Shown: one piece after another, positions 14,338 through 24,715 of the stretch | Layout of the letters: every line of letters starts with the position of its first letter | Numbering within the stretch: the first letter of the stretch is position 1 | From: Iphione sp. A-MEVVRFRX5 | Lineage: Eukaryota | Assembly (NCBI GenBank): GCA_976226885.1 | Contig: OZ320319.1 | Location: forward strand, 33,666,001-33,730,000 | Reading direction: 5' to 3' | Length of the DNA: 64,000 bases | Notes under the pieces: model-generated | The model's input: the letters and a program-made list of their open reading frames with translations, nothing else | Told to the model about the DNA's origin: nothing | Database searches by the model: none | Made by a program: the position numbers and the translations under genes

Positions 14338-17300
14338 TGGAGCGAACGCGGAATGTCTGGAAATCGTTTGGTACCTGCGGGTATAGAACGAGAGAGTTCA
14401 TTTAACCAACTTAACCCTTCAAAGGTTTGTGACGCTAGGGAAGTCATATACTATTACCGCAGCTAAATGGCTAAAGGTCACATTTGGGATTATTCTTCTT
14501 TGAATTGAAAGTGCCCTAGCACATATGTGAAATCCTTGGACATTAGGCACTCAAGGCTCTCTCAGCACGTATCATTCCACAAAGGAATTGCCGGTCAATT
14601 AATATTTAATGCTTCGATTGAAGAAGAAAAGAATGATTGCTTTGGGGCTTTAAAGTTATACCGAAGAAAAGACAACTAAACCCCTCCGCATATAGACAAT
14701 CCATGCTTTGATCTGCAAATCCTACTCTTTCTGGAGCTAGAGCTGAGAACCAGTAAAGCAGATCAAATAATCTATTCTGTTCCCATGAGTTGCCTTGAAA
14801 CCGACTGGGACAATGTTGTTTACTCATTCCGTCTCTGAGCCGCTCACTTTATGGAGAAATATGTCTCGTTGGTAAAAATAACCTCTCGTTACGTCCAGTA
14901 GAGAACATCTCTCATTTCCATGTCTCTGAGCTATCCCGATCGATATCGCCTTTAACCTCTGAGGAGCATTTGCTCATTTGGGCATGCATTACAGTATGTC
15001 GTCACGCTCAAATTCAATTGTGTTTGTCTAGCCTTTAACTATTTTAATGATTTAAGAGCCTCTTTCTTGGCAGGAGACCTTTTGTATTGATACGAATACA
15101 GCCATGTGAGCTCGCACGGAAGCATGGATTAGGTATTTACGTACGGCCTGCAGCTCACAATTTACACCAGCCACTTTTTTTTATCTAAGACGGACGATGC
15201 CCACCTATAGCCTTTTCATCCGAAAAAAGCTATACATTCATATTCTGTTTCTCGAACTATAGAGATTATTTCTTCCGTTCTCAATCTTTTAAAGGACAAG
15301 AACCTTTGGTGAGCTATTCAGCAGGATGAGGTTGTGCACCTTGGTGTGCCGGTACCTGCAGCTCTGGGGGAGACGATTTTAGAACAAGCTCTCTATATTT
15401 AGGAGTTAATCTACAGACATAACAGTGTCTAAAACATTTTGGAATTTGAGGAAACGTGTCTTGTTCTTGATAGTTGAGCGAACAGTGTATTGATGTTAAG
15501 TATCTAAACTTTGACCCTTACACCTTTTCACCACTTTGTGTGTCCCTCCCGCCCCTTTCATTCGCGGAAAATATTTGACGTTAGGAAAGTCGCCGTGACT
15601 CTTAATGTCCTTACCGTGCTGTGTAGAAATCGTTGTAATAGCGACAGTCACCCGTCCGTAGTCCTTATCAAGTGGCTACTCCTGTGCACCGATTCTTCAA
15701 TGCGGTCGGCCAAAGTCTTGACTTAAGGAGTCGCGTGCTCCATCTCGCCAGCAGGCTTTGCGATCTGACTGCTTCTCTGTATCAGGATCCTGCGGGCGCC
15801 AATGCCACTCGCCGACTGCGGCTTGCACGCAGCGCTCCTAGTAGGCGGCATTTTGGCGCGTCGGCAACCAAAGTGTGCGCTCCCTATGGCGCCCCACCAA
15901 TCGTTCAGCCTTGCCGCTGCTGTTGCTGCTGCTACCAAAGCTGGCTTGTTCGCCTTTCTTGCCGCCAACAGCGCCAGCAAACCCCCGCCCGCCTTCCGCC
16001 AGCTCAACGGTCGCCACTTATGTAGCCGTTCCCGACAGATCCCAACTAGCACTCAGTGCTGGCAAGCTCACGCCGGACTCCAATTCGTCTCGTATGCAGC
16101 TGTCTGTGCACTCCTGTATGTTGCATTTCTGTACCTGTAATTAATATGATTTAAAAAATAAAACTCTTTGAAAGACGGACATCTGGCTACTGGTCTCTTG
16201 ATACTCATGATAAATGTTTCAAATGAGCAAGTGATGTGCAGCCCATACCTGGAATTGAAAGTTCTTTTTGTTCAAAGTTTCAAGGTCCGTAAGAGTTCCC
16301 GGTATTATAATGTGGTATCTTTATATTCAAGAAAGTTTTGATTAGATGACGTTCATCGTCTATGTGGTATCAATATCCGATACATACTGTTGTCAATTAA
16401 AGTTTGTTATTTGAGATATAAAATAATGTATCTATCCTTCAAAAGAATCTTTATTATTCTGTATTTTAGTTTTATATGTGTGGTCCTTTTCGACAGTTCT
16501 CTTGTTCGCAATTTCTCACGCAGAAATACACGCGTGTAGGGAATTAGTTTATGTTTACTGTTAATCTCCCGGAAGAGGTGAATCATAGTGACCTGAGAGA
16601 AAGATGTTCAGCTAATTGGGTTCACCTGCTGTAGACACCAGTCAACTGCATGGACTCCCTGAAAGAAGAATAAAAAAAGTGGATTGACATCTTGTTGAAG
16701 AAATCTTTTCACCGTTTCTATATCCGAAACAATTCTACGGTATGCCAAGCTCCTGTTCTTAAGCTACTGAGATAGTCATGGCATATTTTCTAATCCTTAC
16801 ATTTCACCGGATCAACGGGAAAGGTTTCACGTATACTTTTTTCATCAGCCCAATACCTTCGGGCCCAACTAATTTTCTTCGCTAAAACAATACATCACTC
16901 CGGAGATTATTTCTCATTCCGGAAAAATTTATGAATGGCATATTGTTCCTTTAAATGAAACAATTTATCAATAAGACAATAGACCTACATATCAAGTGAC
17001 AGCGACAAACTATCAGGAAAATCCTTTATTAAAGCCACACACCTATTTTCAGTTATTCGCCCTTTAGATGCCATTTCATGAAGGACTAACGATAAAACGA
17101 CAATCTTAAACTTGATTTACATATCACACAAATATAGAAAAAAGAGAGTGTAGTCAGTCAAATACACATTATAGCTTAGCTGAGTTATACTAATTATAGG
17201 TACACTTCAACACAAAAATAGAATAATCTTCTGGTTCCTTTACATATTCTGCCGAATATACCACATTGGGATCGTATCGGTTCTTACAAGGCTGCAAGTA

Positions 17301-19460
17301 CATAGGTGTATAAATAGACATTTAGTACCTAGAATCGACTGCTGTCACTGATAGCAGGTGTGTGCCTTTGCCGTGTTCAATGGGTAAGGCATAGTGCACC
17401 TGACATCCAGCAGATTCAGACCTTGCTGAGATTCGAGTGCCAACACTAGGCCAATTGAAAGCTTTGAAGTGAAACGCAGGTATCTGGAATTGCAATCGTC
17501 ATTATGGTATTCTGATATTTTTCTTTTTACCTTTTTGTCTGAGATGATCTATTTTTGGATATGTATTCACATCGAGTGTTGGAAAGATCGATTACTGTGA
17601 CACTTGAAAGAGATAACTACCAAGGGATCTGTAGAGTTACGCAGAGAAAGTAATGTTTTCGATACCATGTTCAAAATGAAAAGGAAGATAAACATTTGCT
17701 TTCCGAATGAGCAATCAGTCCAAAATGCTCATATAGTATATGTTTCCAGAATACATACAAAAAGTTACGCAGAAACAACAATATATAAACGTGTCCGTGC
17801 TCTCCACGGTCGATGGATATCCTACTTCCACCGGTAAAAGCAAGCGTATGGGCGGGGGTATATGAGATAGGATAAGGGACACAGCCCCAGACACTCATCT
17901 TTAACACATGCACATCATGAATTTATCAGGTCTGACAACTTCAGCGATACAAGTTTTGGTTACAGTTTCTTTTTCGCAAGACTAAGGTCATTCCCCACTT
18001 TATTACCATAGTGGATGAAGGAAGACCTATACTATAATAAAACAGTATGTCTTACTTAAATGAGGGGGGCAGGAAAGCAAAAGCAAATCACGCAATGTGA
18101 TTATGTAGTAGCAGATGTAATGTGAAGCCACCCTCACTTCTTGTATCATGTACCATATACCAACTACTGAGGGTTGACACCGGCGAGGTGAATCCGATAC
18201 AGCTTTCAAGTGATTTGTCAATTATATAAGGAATTGTCTCATAGATCTAAGAGCCTGATCAGTCAGTAGAGGGGATATTTGAAATATTTGAATTATATGG
18301 TAGGCTTGAAAAATAAACTCCGTGATAAATATATATAATATATTTTGTGCGAAAAACAGCTAAGTTAGGATAAATTTCCAAAGAGACAGATCTATATTTC
18401 AATTGGCTCGGGCCAGGCTGACATCATGAAGTGATTTATTTTCATGTTTATGGAGCGGATCGATGGATGAGAAGTATATAATATTTTGTTTGCCTGAGGC
18501 ATTACCCACTTAATACCTAGCATTGGAATACTAGGAATTTCTGGATGTCAACAGATTTCGACGAAGCCCACAAGGACATTACAAAAGAGGTTGATCTGGG
18601 AAAAGATGTCGTCACTGAATTATAAACTTAATTTGTCCGATCAAGATAATTTTTACAACTCTATCCAAGTATGAGGTCTGCCTTGAAGCTGGATCACAGA
18701 CAAGGAAACAAAAAGCTTCTCAAGTCATTACAGAGATAGAGACCGACCCATTGCTTATTTCAGCAGTTGCCGTTGAGTGTGACCATATGTAGAACTTACA
18801 AGCAAAATGCTCTCTCAACCACAAGTTACTGATTTGTAAAACTTTTGTTCCCTTCATGTATTTCAGGTTTTGAGGAAGCCAAACTTCTCCAAACCAAAAG
18901 TTGCCAGACGAATATGCCTACAAAAGGTCCAATGTGTTGCAAACAGAAAAACAGCAACCTAAATTAATCGAATGCAGAATTCTAAAATCTGCCTGCCCAA
19001 ATTCCCTATTTTGAAAAAATTGATATCCTTTCTAAAAAAATTTCCTGGATGCACTTGACGTAAACTGAAGGAAATTAATTGCTGAGGGTCTAGGACTCAA
19101 CGCGAGGCGGCAAATATAATCACCAGTGACGACGAAAAGACGTGGGATAGTGGAGTCATCAATGATTATTCAGGCAAAGGCTTATCATATGGCGTGAATA
19201 TCTATAACTTGTGAACTATTTGGTTTAGGGCGAAGGATGGGCATCTGCAGCTCAGTGGCAAGGTATTTATCACCTACCAGAGGTGTTTGGCAAAGACAGT
19301 AAAGTGCTCAATCCAATTTACTTCGAAGCTATGTTTGGTACGACACCAAGGTAAGCCTGGACACCTGATATATAGTCTAATTCTTCTAAAGCATCTGAAT
19401 CATAAATCATACAACCCACTTTTATGGCAGACCAATGACAGGTTTGTTCGGGAAAGTACC

Positions 19461-19466
19461 ATTTAC
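19461..19466. repeat. Left 6-bp target-site duplication ATTTAC
   Basis: ATTTAC directly precedes AGTAGTGTATG (19467) and recurs directly after ...CACTACT (43237). Confidence 0.95.
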
Positions 19467-19557
19467 AGTAGTGTATGAAGGTAACTGCCCTAGACCCCCT
19501 TTAGTGCAAAAAGGTTATTTGGGTGCAAACCACTTGAGTTTCCCTGAACCACTTGAG
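19467..19557 (+). repeat. Left terminal inverted repeat
   Basis: The first 49 nt are the exact reverse complement of 43189-43237, and 71 nt match with 3 mismatches. It then continues GTTTCCCTGAACCACTTGAG, matching the right end after a 63-bp offset. Confidence 0.93.
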
Positions 19558-19582
19558 TTTCCATTTTCAACTTGACCTACAT

Positions 19583-19695
19583 AGATAAGGAGATAGATCA
19601 CGTCATGATAAGGGTTGTCCCTACTTATAGATAAGAGAGATCACGTCATGATAAGAACAGTGCGCTACTTGACTTTTCAAATGATAAGAGATAAG
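19583..19695 (+). promoter_or_regulatory. Subterminal cluster of GATA and CRE/ATF-like motifs
   Basis: Six WGATAAG copies, plus the direct repeat AGATCACGTCATGATAAG at 19595-19612 and 19638-19655. Confidence 0.5.
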
Positions 19696-19714
19696 AGCGC
19701 GCGCGCGCGAACCC

Positions 19715-19716
<2 letters not shown>

Positions 19717-19768
<52 letters not shown>
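19717..19768 (+). repeat. (GA)26 microsatellite inside the Polinton left end
   Basis: Uninterrupted GA run following a (GC)n stretch. Confidence 0.95.
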
Positions 19769-19773
<5 letters not shown>

Positions 19774-20967
19774 TCTGCTGTGTGTGGAGGGGGCCTTATT
19801 CTTTGTTTAATTTTCGAGCCCTTTTGCAGAGCTCTCCAAAAATTCCTGAATCCGGAAATGAATGGCTAAGAAAGAAAGGACTTACCTTGGTAAGGAAATC
19901 CATAACTTTCATCGAGGATATCTTGCGATACGACTCGTAGCTTGCGAAGATTGACACTTATGTGTAGAAATTAGTTGACATCAGTGGGTGTCTTTATGAT
20001 GGAGCAAGTACAAATGATAGATTATATGATTGAAGTTGAATGGAATTGATTTCAGATAGTACAGCGGCTTGGTTAATGAAGATAATAGGCTAATTTCATC
20101 CTGCTTATCATAGGGTCAAAGCTTTTAGATGGATGATGTTACGCGTATAGTAATTACAAGTCTGATTTTTCTTGACTTATGAGGATGGAGCGCTGTCAAG
20201 GCGTAATGCGGGATGCAGAGGAACTAACCCGAGAAATAATTGGTAGAAGAAATTGATCTTAACACATGCGAAGGTCTTTGCATTTATCAACATCCTGTTT
20301 TATGTAACTATATTTTATTTGTTTGATTGTTGGATCCCTAAAAGGGATCCAGCCAAAAATTATTATTCCTGAGTTGGCAGCAGCTCTCGTCGAGATGTCA
20401 CCATTTATTAAAACGGTACTCATCCACTTAAGCGAGCTTGATATTGAAACTAATGATGCGTAAATGGTGTTTCCTTCGGGTGTTTGTTGACATGTTGACT
20501 CTAATGATAAAACTTAGGACTTTGCTCCATGAAAACTATCCGCTGTTCTTACAGTCGAGTGAAATGATCCATTGTAATCTCAGGATGTGTGTAATAAAGA
20601 TGACTTAAAGCTATGTTTCGAGTAGATACATGAAGAATCTCGTCCGACGTAAATAGAACATCAGACGCCATCTTTTGTGAAAGAAAAACAATGCAGATGC
20701 CCTCTGGTGAGAATGAGATAGTTCTCGTGGCTTGGACTTTTGTTTCTTTTATATGTATGTCTAAATTGAAATGTACTCTTCTGTGTAATACTGTATCACT
20801 GATCATGTTGATGATAATGAAAAAAATAAAAGAAGTTGCTCTTCGAATAAATGTTGAGCGGAAGAATTATTAGTCTCCCAGAATGCAATCCATTCGGTCC
20901 CATATTGCGTCTTTGATTGCTATACACGGTACATTACTTGTTCACATTAACCAAAAAACCACTGAGA

Positions 20968-21714
20968 ATGCTTGAAGAAGAATCAACTACCCCCTCGTTT
21001 GATTTAGATGACCATTATTTTGTATCCGCCCTCGATACCAAAAGACATGGGATTAAGAATAGACCGTTTATCTATCTCCGTCACAAAGAAGAGCTTATTC
21101 CAGATATTCCGATGAGATTGGAAGATGTTTTTGATGAAGACTGCTCGTCTGTCAACATCAACCCCCTCGTTGCTCCCCAAGGTGATGACATGTCGGCTCA
21201 GTTCGAAGCACTATCCCATAGATTGATGGACATTTGTCGTCTGTTTTCATATAGTATCCGATTAGTCCGGGAATCACTATTTAAAAATGAACTTTCCCTC
21301 CTGAATATCTCAGCCTTACGTCTCGTGGAGGACATGTGGAATGACACGGTTGAAAAGTCTCGGTCAACCCATTCCGGATTAGAAAGAGGTCTGAGTGTTA
21401 TGGATATAGTGGAAAAGAATATCGAATCCCTGAACATCCCTACAGAATTGAAAGCAGTGATAAAAGAGAATATTTGCAGGAAACGACTGAACCACTTTAA
21501 GTATTGCTTCATAGACGTTGCATTCAGGATGACATGGAATGTGAAATACGAGGAAGAAATTAATGAAAAATTGAAATCAGGTATGGTAGCATTTGCAATA
21601 TGCAGGTTATTCATTTCGTGTAAGTGCGTGTTCCGACCTGTTTGCTTGCAGTGTTATGTGTTCAAACAAGTTGTAACTTGTTCGATAGATAAAACGGTTC
21701 GTCTTCAGATATGA
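20968..21714 (+). CDS. Polinton accessory protein A, unknown function, possible BC-box/Cul-box-like motifs
   Basis: ORF 20917-21714 with first ATG at 20968. A donor GTAAGT at 21620 and acceptor TTTCAG at 21876 would end the protein LFISY* instead of the unspliced tail. Confidence 0.65.
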   Translation: MLEEESTTPSFDLDDHYFVSALDTKRHGIKNRPFIYLRHKEELIPDIPMRLEDVFDEDCSSVNINPLVAPQGDDMSAQFEALSHRLMDICRLFSYSIRLVRESLFKNELSLLNISALRLVEDMWNDTVEKSRSTHSGLERGLSVMDIVEKNIESLNIPTELKAVIKENICRKRLNHFKYCFIDVAFRMTWNVKYEEEINEKLKSGMVAFAICRLFISCKCVFRPVCLQCYVFKQVVTCSIDKTVRLQI

Positions 21715-21965
21715 TAAAGCTGACGTCAGATAGTTATCAAGGGTTCATTAGATAAGATAACAATTGTGTGCGTGTATACAAGTAGATGATAACGAAATAG
21801 ACGTGTTCAGACTTGTTAAGTTTATCAGCTGAAATAAGAAACCCTGAAACAAAGTTTTATTTTGGGTTTGTTTCAGATTAGGTGGGATGAGTGCTTACGT
21901 CATAGCACAGTGTATATAAGATACCTTACAGAGACGTCGTGGGTTCATTCGGCAGCTCTGCAGAC

Positions 21966-23135
21966 ATGGAGACCATATCCGAGCGAGTTCGTGTATGCGA
22001 TGGAGGAGTGCATCTCCATCTGGAAATTCGTAGAATAGGGAAAGCGACTCGTCATCTATCAGTCCGACGCGAGGTCTTTGACACTGCCGGCAATGGATGG
22101 GAGACTCTTCTTTGTGGTCACGTTCTCACTGTTCAACCTGAAGAAAAGACCTACCACATTGAGCTTGCTGACTTTGCCAGCAGGACATATGTGTGCTTTG
22201 AACGGATCGACGAAGCAGCACAAAGAATAAAGTAAGTCTCTTTTCCTCAAATATATTAACTCTTTAACCATAAAGTTGGTTTGTGAACTCCCTGCTTAAC
22301 AATTTTTATATATAAATGTCTGTCATTCAATCCATTCCGATTTTGTAATTGAATGTTTCCATGTAATAAAAAAAAATCGAATATTATATCCATGTGTATT
22401 GTCTCTTTTTCCCCCAGCTACGACTGCTTCAATCTCCTGATCTACGAAGTCGAAGGAATATTGGATTATATGAAGAGGAATCCAATAGACTCGAGCAATT
22501 CATTCCTTGCTCTGGCCGAACGAGAGCGTGAGCGGACCAAGAAGGATGTTGGTTTTCCTTTGCTAAGGAGAACATACAATATGGTGAGACCAAAAGCAGA
22601 TGGCAGCCAATTCACCCGTCGGGCCGAGAACATCTTCATCAATCAGCTGATCTGTGAAGACACCGCCCAAAAAGAACTCATCGACGGGGAGAATATCGAG
22701 TACGTTCCCTTTCCTGCCAATACCATTTCAATGCATGAAGTCATCCAGAAGACGTATGTGTTTCTTCTTGCCACCGAATATCACAACTTGTTGAAAGCAA
22801 GAGGACTTGCCGACCTGGAGACTGATGATGGAGGCTCGCCCTGTCGTATCCCTGAGCATGCCCGTTCTGATGTGATGCATGCCGCCCACATCCGCATCAG
22901 CTTCCAATGACTAGTGGAGACCAGCCAGATGATGATCAATCTTCTGGAGTTGAGTAACGAGGTGAACCATTCACCTCCTACGATTGAATGCTTGAGAGAC
23001 TTCAATGAGAAAGACCATGCTAGTAAAGTCGATCGCATTCTCTGTGGACGTGTCATTAAGAATGGGGAGCTTGACACAGAGCACTACCACATGTATCATT
23101 TCGAGTACGAGTTTTGCTTGTTGGCTCAGATATGA
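21966..23135 (+). CDS. Polinton accessory protein B, two exons (21966-22231, 22418-22910), with possible readthrough to 23135
   Basis: TATA GTATATAAGA at 21912 and ATG in context GACATGG. The intron 22232-22417 (GTAAGT...CTTTTTCCCCCAG) joins ORFs 21939-22235 and 22353-22910 in frame, giving 252 aa. The same frame continues past TGA to 23135 (327 aa). Confidence 0.75.
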
Positions 23136-23587
23136 TAACCTTTTTTTTGTTTGATGCAGCCCGTTAAAGAAAATCTTAGTAATACTTAAATTTGTTTTGC
23201 TATGAGAAGTATGTATTATTATTAGAAGTAGAAGTAATAGCAATATGTTCTAGTTGACATATGTAAATCTATTGATTACATTGAGATTTGTCCATCCCGT
23301 ATAATAGAGTACTAAGACTTTGGTATATAATAAAGGGAAATCACATCATGTAACAATAGGATATGGTAATAAAAAAAATCTTTTTATTAAAACCGAACTG
23401 GTCACCTTTTTCTTTTTTACTTAAAAAAACACCAACTCAATCACGACTACAGTGTCCATCACATTCACTTCTAGAATACAGATGGAAATATGAAGTAATC
23501 ATCACCCGTTTGGTATAGTATAATTACATGATAGCAAACATGAATACTGTTACTACAGTCAAAGTGTCACTGAAAAGAAAAAAAAAA

Positions 23588-23946
23588 ACATAGCCGACAC
23601 TTAATCATCTCCTTCCTGTGTAGTATAATACGTGTCGCTATAACATCTTTAAATAGATCATATTCTCCAAAAAACGTATACAAAATGAAATGATCTATTA
23701 CATACTATAAAAAAAAATCATCACCTGGATGTAGTTTCTTGTATTTGGTTATATATATATATATAGAGAGAGAACATAGACGACATATAATCAGCACCTG
23801 CCTGTGTAGTAAAATCTTTGCCGCTATAACATCCTTAAATAGATCATCATATCCAACAAAGTACAAAATATGATGTTATCTAATATATAATATACCAAAC
23901 CATCACCTGGATGTAGTTTTCTTTCTGTGTTTTGATATATATATAT
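23588..23946. repeat. Diverged tandem duplication, period about 182-186 bp
   Basis: GCTATAACATC(T/C)TTAAATAGATCAT at 23637 and 23823; CATCACCTGGATGTAGTTT at 23719 and 23901; a partial third copy AATCAGCACCTG near 24021. Confidence 0.8.
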
Positions 23947-24431
23947 GTATGTATCTTTCAATAAAAGCGAACGGTTCAACCGGAATATAAGATATAAGCA
24001 TGCATTAAGAACGAGTTACTAATCAGCACCTGTGGTTTGTAAATATTTCTTCATCATACCATACTATTATATATGCATGTATATAAGTAAACTTATCTCA
24101 CTTTGTTTCATATATCGGGATACAATGCTAGACTAGAAAAATTTTTGCTTTCATATATCTTTCTTTTTTCTATAATAAAATGATCTGTTCCCTCTATTTA
24201 TCTCACGTCCTAAAATGACGTACCAAACTTGGTCATAAAATAGTGTTCAGATCTTTTTTTTTTTGAGGTCGTTCGTATCACACAGTACTAGTGTACAATC
24301 ATAAAAAATAATATAAAAAAAAAACACAATTACTTTCTGTCAAGTAACAAATGTATAACTTCCTCCGAGTAAATATACATGATGAGAGCCTCCAACTTTT
24401 TCTATTTTTTTTCTAAAGCAGCTCAGCTCTG

Positions 24432-24640
24432 ATAGTCGGCAGCATTTTAAAAAAAAAACGTGTTTCTCACACCAAGGCCTACTTCTTCTGGAATATGCAT
24501 ATTAACATCGATACTGGGCAGTATTTGAAAATGTGTTTCTCAGTCCAAGCTGTACATGTTCTTGAATGATAGACGACATTTAAAAAAAAAATGTTTTATA
24601 GAAAGTATTGTCTCACGCCAAGTGATAGATCTTCATTCAC
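24432..24640. repeat. Three diverged units with a 73-bp period
   Basis: TCTCAnnCCAAG at 24465, 24538 and 24611, each preceded by an ATTT-(A)n segment. Confidence 0.6.
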
Positions 24641-24715
24641 ATCCTGTTGTTCTTGGTTCACAATGGAGGAGCCTTCATATTCCACTGCAACCATCGTCAA
24701 TGCCACGTTACCGAG

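Noticed and set aside
19615-19869. 84-aa ORF with an ERERER tract
   Set aside because: Produced by the (GA)26 microsatellite.
21877-22038. 54-codon open frame after the 21876 acceptor as a second coding exon of gene A
   Set aside because: Both good donors in gene A (21581, 21620) are phase 1, which gives an immediate stop; no phase-0 donor was found.
22353-22417. ATG at 22353 as the start of the 185-aa ORF
   Set aside because: Lies in AT-rich sequence ending in a strong polypyrimidine/CAG acceptor; better explained as intron.
23588-24640. Spaced repeats as a CRISPR-like array
   Set aside because: Only 2-3 diverged units with homologous interiors, in a eukaryotic context with no cas genes.
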